Shown here: one piece after another, positions 49,398 to 55,192 of the stretch
Position numbering within the stretch: position 1 is the first letter of the stretch
Layout of the letters: each line of letters opens with the position of its first letter
Virus record (IMG/VR): IMGVR_UViG_3300009183_000115
Location: 1 to 55,192 of that record
DNA: 55,192 nt
Direction: 5' to 3' (one strand)
Source: a virus
Taxonomy: Duplodnaviria; Caudoviricetes
Made by a program: the position numbers and the translations under genes
The notes under the pieces: generated by a model
What the model was told of the DNA's origin: nothing
Database searches by the model: none
Seen by the model: the letters and a program-made list of their open reading frames with translations, nothing else

Positions 49398-49502
49398 ATC
49401 CTTTATTTTTTTTATCCAACATCTATATCTCTCTTTTTCATCTCTTACTTTATTAGTATTTAAAGAAGTTATGAACTTTTTTTCATACTCCCAACTTTAT
49501 TT

Positions 49503-50264
49503 TTAAATTGATCCTTTAAAAGTATCTGTAGTCAAATACTTGACGTTATTTGCAGCGCCTGGAAAGTCTTTTGGACTGTAGACTTGAAGGTACTTATCGA
49601 TAAAAGCATCCATAGCTTTTTGTTTATCATTTGGAGCTAAGGTATTATATAAAGCTTTTAAATTTTCTTTATCAGTCTGTCCTCTTTGCCAAATTCTATG
49701 ATCATCAGAAAAGTGATGAAACCAATCATGAGCGTGTAAAATATCTAAATACTTACTTAATTCAGTTTCAATAGGAGCAACTTTATCTGCAGAAGGAATA
49801 TTACCGTATGCTGCCTCATCTTCAATACCTTCAGCAGCAACACCCATACTAACATTATTTACCATATCTTCATTCTCATCATCTTGCTGTTGCATTTTAG
49901 CATCAGCAGCAGCTTGAGGAGCACCTAACGCAGTAGGATTTAATTCTTTTAAATTTTCACGTCCTAGTGCATCTAGTGTAGCAGTTACTAATTCCATAGC
50001 CCAATCTTCATCCATTGCCAAACCTCTAACCATATTTAAGCTAACACCCGCACCTTGTAGCATCTCGCCAGCATATTTAAAAATATTATCTTGGTATTTC
50101 TTAACATCTCCATCTTTAATCTCTCCTGCTAATTCAGGATGTGCTTTAGCGATCTCCTTACCTAGAGTCCAAGCATCTTCAAATTGATGTTCCTTAATTA
50201 CAGTTTTTGAATACATTCCCGACTTGCTTTCAACAAGCCACTGCTTCATATTAAATTCTTTCAT
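49503..50264 (-). CDS. Putative head-internal modular protein
   Basis: MKEFNMKQWLVE N-terminus; HDWFHHFSDDHRIWQRG module. Confidence 0.6.
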   Translation of the reverse strand: MKEFNMKQWLVESKSGMYSKTVIKEHQFEDAWTLGKEIAKAHPELAGEIKDGDVKKYQDNIFKYAGEMLQGAGVSLNMVRGLAMDEDWAMELVTATLDALGRENLKELNPTALGAPQAAADAKMQQQDDENEDMVNNVSMGVAAEGIEDEAAYGNIPSADKVAPIETELSKYLDILHAHDWFHHFSDDHRIWQRGQTDKENLKALYNTLAPNDKQKAMDAFIDKYLQVYSPKDFPGAANNVKYLTTDTFKGSI

Positions 50265-50265
50265 A

Positions 50266-50514
50266 TTATAATAGTATATAAGTTCTTAAAAACTCTTCGA
50301 TATCAGATTGTGCATATCCAGCTTGTCTTAATCTAGAACACATTTTACCCAAATCATGTAGAGTTTGAAACTCTCTTCCAATTAAAGCTTGATGTATTTT
50401 GTTTAATTGACCGTTATCCTCAAAAATACCGCTAGGATCATCGAAAGTCTTCCCTACTTGGTATTGAGTATTTTCAGGATGGTTAATTTGTATTAATTCA
50501 GATAGTTTAATCAT
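50266..50514 (-). CDS. Putative head-internal small protein
   Basis: MIKLSELI N-terminus and TATTTAT motif. Confidence 0.6.
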   Translation of the reverse strand: MIKLSELIQINHPENTQYQVGKTFDDPSGIFEDNGQLNKIHQALIGREFQTLHDLGKMCSRLRQAGYAQSDIEEFLRTYILL

Positions 50515-50526
50515 ATTAATAAATAG

Positions 50527-51543
50527 TTAAGACTTACTAACGTAATTTTTAGGGTAAATACCAATTCGAGTATCAGGAATAGATAGTGTAGTACCAGGTA
50601 CTTTTTGATTTCTACCAGCTCTATAGGTCGCAACTAAAGTAGGAGCTTCATTACCTTCTGGTATTTCATTACCCGAAAAAACGTGGCCTTTACCTTCAGG
50701 TACAGTCAATTTAAATGTATTATCACCAAGGGATTTTAACTCCATAGGTCCGACACAGTAAAACTGTACACCCTCAGAACCCTCCTCAGGACTCCCGTAT
50801 ATAGCCAATCTCTTTAACTCTTCACTCTCAATAGGTTTACTATAAGGGCCTCTTAAGCGTTTTTCTGGAGAACTCTCTACGAGATCGTAAACTTCTTTAG
50901 CGAAATTCTGAACTTCTTCAAACCCTCTAATAGGATCCCTACCTACACCAGACATTTGCTGATGTATAGGACTTTTATGTTGAATATAAGCAACAGCATT
51001 ACCTGCTTCATTTACAAATTTAAAATCAGCTTTTTGTTTTCCCCCTACCGGTTGAATTCTTACAATATTATCACCAGCACCTATTATTGAAATACCGCCA
51101 CTCTCTGGCTTAAATTCATCAATTTGCTTCTGTATATTAGATACTTCAGTAGCCTCTCCCTCAGTTCCGCGCTGATGTCCCCTACCCTTACCTCCAAGTT
51201 CCGGAGTTTTAGTAACAGCAGTAATACTATGCTTAACTCCCTTCTCGTCATAAAGAAAAAGCTTATCTTTAGCTCTTAAGGTAGGTAAAATATCTTTCAA
51301 CTCTTCTGACTGAGTAGCAGGATCGTAAGAAGTAACCTGACCGTCTCTAGTAATTTCTACCTTAGAAACTACACTAGGCTCTTCCCCCTTTAGGGGTATA
51401 GGAGTCTTAGTCTTAAGATAATCTACAAACTTATTCGTTCTATCTTTATGAGATGTTCCTCTAAAAGAACCTATACCTAAAGAGGTATAGCCTTCTTCTT
51501 GAAGAATATGACGGATTATATGTTCTATTATCAAACGATACAT
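50527..51543 (-). CDS. Putative PD-(D/E)XK-like nuclease-fold protein
   Basis: KADFKFV...YIQHK motif; KTPELGG; ILQE site. Confidence 0.45.
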   Translation of the reverse strand: MYRLIIEHIIRHILQEEGYTSLGIGSFRGTSHKDRTNKFVDYLKTKTPIPLKGEEPSVVSKVEITRDGQVTSYDPATQSEELKDILPTLRAKDKLFLYDEKGVKHSITAVTKTPELGGKGRGHQRGTEGEATEVSNIQKQIDEFKPESGGISIIGAGDNIVRIQPVGGKQKADFKFVNEAGNAVAYIQHKSPIHQQMSGVGRDPIRGFEEVQNFAKEVYDLVESSPEKRLRGPYSKPIESEELKRLAIYGSPEEGSEGVQFYCVGPMELKSLGDNTFKLTVPEGKGHVFSGNEIPEGNEAPTLVATYRAGRNQKVPGTTLSIPDTRIGIYPKNYVSKS

Positions 51544-51562
51544 TTTTTATGTTTATAAATTA

Positions 51563-52561
51563 TTACCCCTTTAAGTCGCCGCTTTTTAAATTATAAAGGA
51601 CGTAACCGTGAAAATTATTATGACTCTTATTAAGGTTAGCATTTAGGATAGAAACTCTCTCTCTATACATTTTATTTACTTTCTCTAGCTCTGCAAATTT
51701 ATCTTGAAGAAATTTAGAAGATTTAAACTTAGGATTACTTTTAATTTGATCTAATTGTGTAAGAGCTTCTTCTTCACTTCCTAAAGGCTTTTCATTACTC
51801 TCTTTAACTTTTTCTTTTATAGCTTCAATACCTCCAAATAACTTATAAAAATCATCTCCAGTATGCATATTATCATCTATAATAAGCATTATCTTACCTT
51901 CAGTTAAACACTTTACAATTACATTATAAACAGGAGGAAATTTTTCTCCCTCACCGCTTGGATGTAATCCTACATTATATTTTGAATAGAGTTGTTTAGT
52001 CAGAGCAGATTGTAGCTCGTTTGATTTACGAATCTTATAAGGAGGTGCCTTTTCTGCAGTCTTATAAAGAAAGTTTATGATAGTACGCTTAATAGAATCA
52101 GCATGTCGATTAAACTTATCCCAATCTACAGCGTTATCGATTATATTATACTCCATTTTTTCAATGTGTACAACTTCTGGATTATCGTAAAGCTCTTTAA
52201 TAGTATTTAAAAGAACTTGATTCAGACCTCCCTTAGATTCTAAATAACCAATATAATCTACTTTAGGAATACGCGTTAGGAGGGTTCTAGAAAGAAGAGC
52301 TTTTAATTCTTCCGGTTTTATCTTATCGGAATTATACTTAAGTGCATCTTCAGAGGCCTTTATATTAGATGCTTCAGGATCAGACTCTAAGCTATAGAAT
52401 ACTTCATATCCGTTTTTTTTAATTCTACCGTCGTATGTATTAAGCTGTTCGCCATCTAGGTGTGTAAAAGCTATATCGATTTTACTAGCCTTGCCAGTAT
52501 CATCGAAAGTAACTCTAGCTCCCTCTTGAACCTCCCTTAATAAGTCTATTAGCTTAATCAT
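51563..52561 (-). CDS. Putative phosphoribosyltransferase-fold protein
   Basis: MLIIDDNMHTGDD resembles the PRPP-binding loop; MIKLIDLLRE N-terminus. Confidence 0.55.
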   Translation of the reverse strand: MIKLIDLLREVQEGARVTFDDTGKASKIDIAFTHLDGEQLNTYDGRIKKNGYEVFYSLESDPEASNIKASEDALKYNSDKIKPEELKALLSRTLLTRIPKVDYIGYLESKGGLNQVLLNTIKELYDNPEVVHIEKMEYNIIDNAVDWDKFNRHADSIKRTIINFLYKTAEKAPPYKIRKSNELQSALTKQLYSKYNVGLHPSGEGEKFPPVYNVIVKCLTEGKIMLIIDDNMHTGDDFYKLFGGIEAIKEKVKESNEKPLGSEEEALTQLDQIKSNPKFKSSKFLQDKFAELEKVNKMYRERVSILNANLNKSHNNFHGYVLYNLKSGDLKG

Positions 52562-52575
52562 ACACATATAAATAG

Positions 52576-52598
52576 AAACACCCTCGTAAAGAGGGTGC
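52576..52598 (-). terminator. Hairpin terminator
   Basis: CACCCTC-gtaaa-GAGGGTG followed by TTTCTATTTAT on minus strand. Confidence 0.65.
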
Positions 52599-52622
52599 TA
52601 ATATATAATAGGATTTTATTTT

Positions 52623-53330
52623 TTACTTATCAACCGTCATATTATCTAAGGCAGATTGTGGTTTATAATCAATTGCACCGCTCCTAGACATCATAGAGGT
52701 TCCCTCCATTCCGTACCAAGGCTGATTCATTAACTCTTCTTCCGACTCCTTATTATTACGGCTATGTAAGCGAACCATCATCGCCGCTTCTGCACTTTCC
52801 GGATCCTTTTGCTCTAGTTCTGTAAAGTTATTATAGACCTTAACTACTTTCCAAGAAGCAGAAAAAGAGGATACCTCTGTTCCTACGGTATACTTAGGTT
52901 GCTCAATTTCATCTTCCCCCTCATAATCATCTTCACCGCGAGCTGCTGCTGAATCCCAACCTGCAGGATCGTCAGGATGATAATCTTCCTTTACTTCCCC
53001 TCCTTTAATACTAGCCAATAACTCAGGACGAATATCTACAGGATCGCCCCAAATTACATCGAAATCTTCTCCATTCCAATCATTTACAATAGAAACCCAG
53101 CCTGTATTCTTATCGAAGATAACAAACAATCTATTATCTCCGTCGTTATAAATTTCAATACCGTTTACTTCCGGGTTTAATTTAGACTGCCATTTAGCAC
53201 CTGCTTCATTTATATTACCCATTGTAGCAGTATCGCCAGATTGACTTTCGTAATCGGCATCTTCTCTTGCTATTCCTTCGTAGCCTTCTTTTAAAATACC
53301 GGCTAATTGTTGTAATCTTTTTGTGTTCAT
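52623..53330 (-). CDS. Acidic putative head-internal modular protein
   Basis: RLQQLAGILKE N-terminus; INE and VKE internal sites. Confidence 0.6.
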   Translation of the reverse strand: MNTKRLQQLAGILKEGYEGIAREDADYESQSGDTATMGNINEAGAKWQSKLNPEVNGIEIYNDGDNRLFVIFDKNTGWVSIVNDWNGEDFDVIWGDPVDIRPELLASIKGGEVKEDYHPDDPAGWDSAAARGEDDYEGEDEIEQPKYTVGTEVSSFSASWKVVKVYNNFTELEQKDPESAEAAMMVRLHSRNNKESEEELMNQPWYGMEGTSMMSRSGAIDYKPQSALDNMTVDK

Positions 53331-53357
53331 TTTTTAAAAATTTATATTAATAAATAG

Positions 53358-53816
53358 TTAATATTTTATATTAACCTCAATTCCTTTTTCTTTACATAGC
53401 TCAAGTACCTTATCATAATGTTTACGGTTAAAATTATCTCTAGGCTCGGATAAGAAATCAATACGTTCAACATAATCTAGAATAGGAATACAAAACCATT
53501 CTCTTTTTACAATCTGCTCTTCTGCCTCACTTCCCCCATACCCAGTATCAGAGAAGGGTCTAATTTTATACCTTTGACTTAGCCTATTACCGTCTAAAAC
53601 AAAGCGCAATTCATCACCTCCTTCGTGGGAGAGAAAATTACCGTGTAGTTTTGAGTCCCTTGAAAGAGAAATAGCATACATCCCGTCATTATAAGCCTCT
53701 CTACTACTACAGAGCTTGTTTGTCTTTATAATATCGGAAGCATTAAAATAACGAGTATGGTGGTATAAAGTACCAACTTGCTTTCTTTCTTGTATTAAAT
53801 CTACTAGCTTAATCAT
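53358..53816 (-). CDS. Putative ADP-ribosyltransferase-fold protein
   Basis: LYHHT / ISLSRD / EAEEQI triad pattern; MIKLVDLIQE N-terminus. Confidence 0.5.
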   Translation of the reverse strand: MIKLVDLIQERKQVGTLYHHTRYFNASDIIKTNKLCSSREAYNDGMYAISLSRDSKLHGNFLSHEGGDELRFVLDGNRLSQRYKIRPFSDTGYGGSEAEEQIVKREWFCIPILDYVERIDFLSEPRDNFNRKHYDKVLELCKEKGIEVNIKY

Positions 53817-53828
53817 GTAAATAAATAG

Positions 53829-54107
53829 CTATTTGAGACGGTTACGGACTTGGCGGAGGAGGAGCATGATAATGGGTTTGATGTCGCGACCATTCCTACT
53901 ATATATATTGTTTACTACTCTTTTCTGTCCTCTAGCGAGGTCTAATGCTTGATTATACATAACAGGTGATATAGAACCAGTATAAGATAGCTTTTCTAAT
54001 TCCATAGCAATTACATCTATGATCGATAGTTCTCTATTAGGATTATAAGGATCGGATACTATCATATTACCAGCTTCCCGTATCTTTAATTTCTTCATTC
54101 TATACAT
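53829..54107 (-). CDS. Hypothetical protein
   Basis: 92 aa, TATTTAT motif, IRE site near N-terminus. Confidence 0.55.
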   Translation of the reverse strand: MYRMKKLKIREAGNMIVSDPYNPNRELSIIDVIAMELEKLSYTGSISPVMYNQALDLARGQKRVVNNIYSRNGRDIKPIIMLLLRQVRNRLK

Positions 54108-54121
54108 ACCAATAAATAGGA

Positions 54122-54448
54122 TTAAACATTAGAATCCCCAACGTCTCCCCAGTCCTTTACCGAATCAATGTCCTTATTCATGTTCCATTCTTTATACATG
54201 AATTCCAAGGGGGATAGGAGAGAGGTACTAATACTGGATTCATCTCCATAATAAGTAACTTCCTGCCATGGCGTCCCAGTAGAGGTGGCCTTAATTAAAT
54301 AGGACAGGGACTTAGCGTCTTCTGGATAGATACTTATAGAGGGAGTGAGGGTAAAGGCAATTGCCTTTGTGCAAACTTTGTCATCATATATACTCAACTC
54401 GATATAATTTTCCGTCTCGGCCGTTGAAATGCGTTTTAATGGTTCCAT
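54122..54448 (-). CDS. Hypothetical protein
   Basis: Likely start MEPLKR at 54448. Confidence 0.5.
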   Translation of the reverse strand: MEPLKRISTAETENYIELSIYDDKVCTKAIAFTLTPSISIYPEDAKSLSYLIKATSTGTPWQEVTYYGDESSISTSLLSPLEFMYKEWNMNKDIDSVKDWGDVGDSNV

Positions 54449-54574
54449 ATGAGAAGTTCTTATTTGAAAAAGTATTCTACTAATATGTTTCCTAATAACG
54501 ATACCCCTAATGCAATTAAGCATATACCTATGAACAAATGACTCTTGTCATCTTGATCTGGTCTTCTTCCTTGA

Positions 54575-54787
54575 TTATCCATGTAATAATTGTTTTGATG
54601 TGTCTGAATTATCTTCATTAATGTCTTTCTTTTCGCGTACCATTACTTGAGTGTAACGTACACAATTTAATACCTGTTGAACAGATAGATTACCACTAGG
54701 TGTCCATCCTTGATTAACTCTCTCGTTGATTAAATCTTCGAGAGTATCAACATTACCGGCCTCTATTAATTTATACTCTTTAATCAT
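54575..54787 (-). CDS. DUF1737-like small protein
   Basis: EYKLI...INERVNQGWTPSG...YTQVMVRE; likely start at 54787. Confidence 0.55.
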   Translation of the reverse strand: MIKEYKLIEAGNVDTLEDLINERVNQGWTPSGNLSVQQVLNCVRYTQVMVREKKDINEDNSDTSKQLLHG

Positions 54788-54989
54788 ATATATGTTTACT
54801 TTGTTTAAAATTTCTCCCGAGCGTGACTCATCACTCACCGCTACGCTATATCGCATATACCGTGATAACAGCTGTAATTAGGGTGGTGTTAGACTGCCCT
54901 CAAGTGACCGCAGGTGAGGTCAGGTGACCTCAAGTGGGGGTGATTTTTTTTCGGTCACCCTGCCTGTAGGCCGTCTCTAGTCTTTTCTC

Positions 54990-55192
54990 TTAAGGTTGGA
55001 ATGTTATTACAGGCTCTATCTTAAATGCCCTCTTAACAAGTGCCTTACCTGATCCTCCTGAGTTATTATCTAACATCTCACCATCCTTACTTACTAGAGC
55101 ATGTCTACTAGTTAATATTAAATAGGTACCTTGACTATGTTCTTTGATGAAGGTTGACACTCTATTCTTTCTATTAACATCTCTACCATGAA
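54990..55192 (-). CDS. Partial hypothetical protein (C-terminus; runs off window end)
   Basis: Open frame HGRDVNRKNRVSTFIKEHSQGTYLILTSRHALVSKDGEMLD...QP*. Confidence 0.55.
   Translation of the reverse strand, partial: HGRDVNRKNRVSTFIKEHSQGTYLILTSRHALVSKDGEMLDNNSGGSGKALVKRAFKIEPVITFQP

Noticed and set aside
1-55192. Genome-wide stop-codon reassignment
   Set aside because: Standard code gives dense full-length genes and TAG/TGA end genes at sensible places; only one internal TAG noticed
1-55192. tRNA or rRNA genes
   Set aside because: None recognised by eye; intergenic gaps are short. tRNAscan-SE would confirm

Overview
Morphogenesis region of a large, AT-rich, T4-like (myovirus-type) dsDNA phage. 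Essentially all credible genes are on the minus strand. Read in transcription order (right to left) it contains: small head-cargo-like genes; glutaredoxin, HD hydrolase and a gp55-like sigma factor; a baseplate block (gp5-like, gp25, gp6 and large wedge/collar proteins); a 1306-aa mucin-like Pro/Thr-repeat virion protein; a 7-gene glycosylation cassette (GT60-like, GT4-like+FkbM, GT25, unknown, GT11, methyltransferase, UDP-galactopyranose mutase); GIY-YIG nuclease, primase and YqaJ exonuclease; a second cluster of small cargo-like genes with a GH19 endolysin; and terminase, portal, prohead protease, scaffold, major capsid and neck genes. Bacteroidota-type promoters (TTTG-N19/20-TATATT) and no obvious Shine-Dalgarno motifs suggest a Bacteroidota host (inference). 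Main candidate novel systems: (1) phage-encoded virion O-glycosylation (a polypeptide-GlcNAc-transferase-like enzyme next to a mucin-like substrate, plus a pervasive [ST]-[GAS]-S motif concentrated in virion proteins); (2) a dozen or more putative capsid-packaged cargo proteins sharing N-terminal targeting motifs and protease-type L/I-x-E sites, including ART-, PRTase-, nuclease-, metallopeptidase- and nucleotidyltransferase-like domains; (3) a late-promoter motif that is the reverse complement of the T4 late promoter. All family assignments come from motif recognition by eye, not from database searches.
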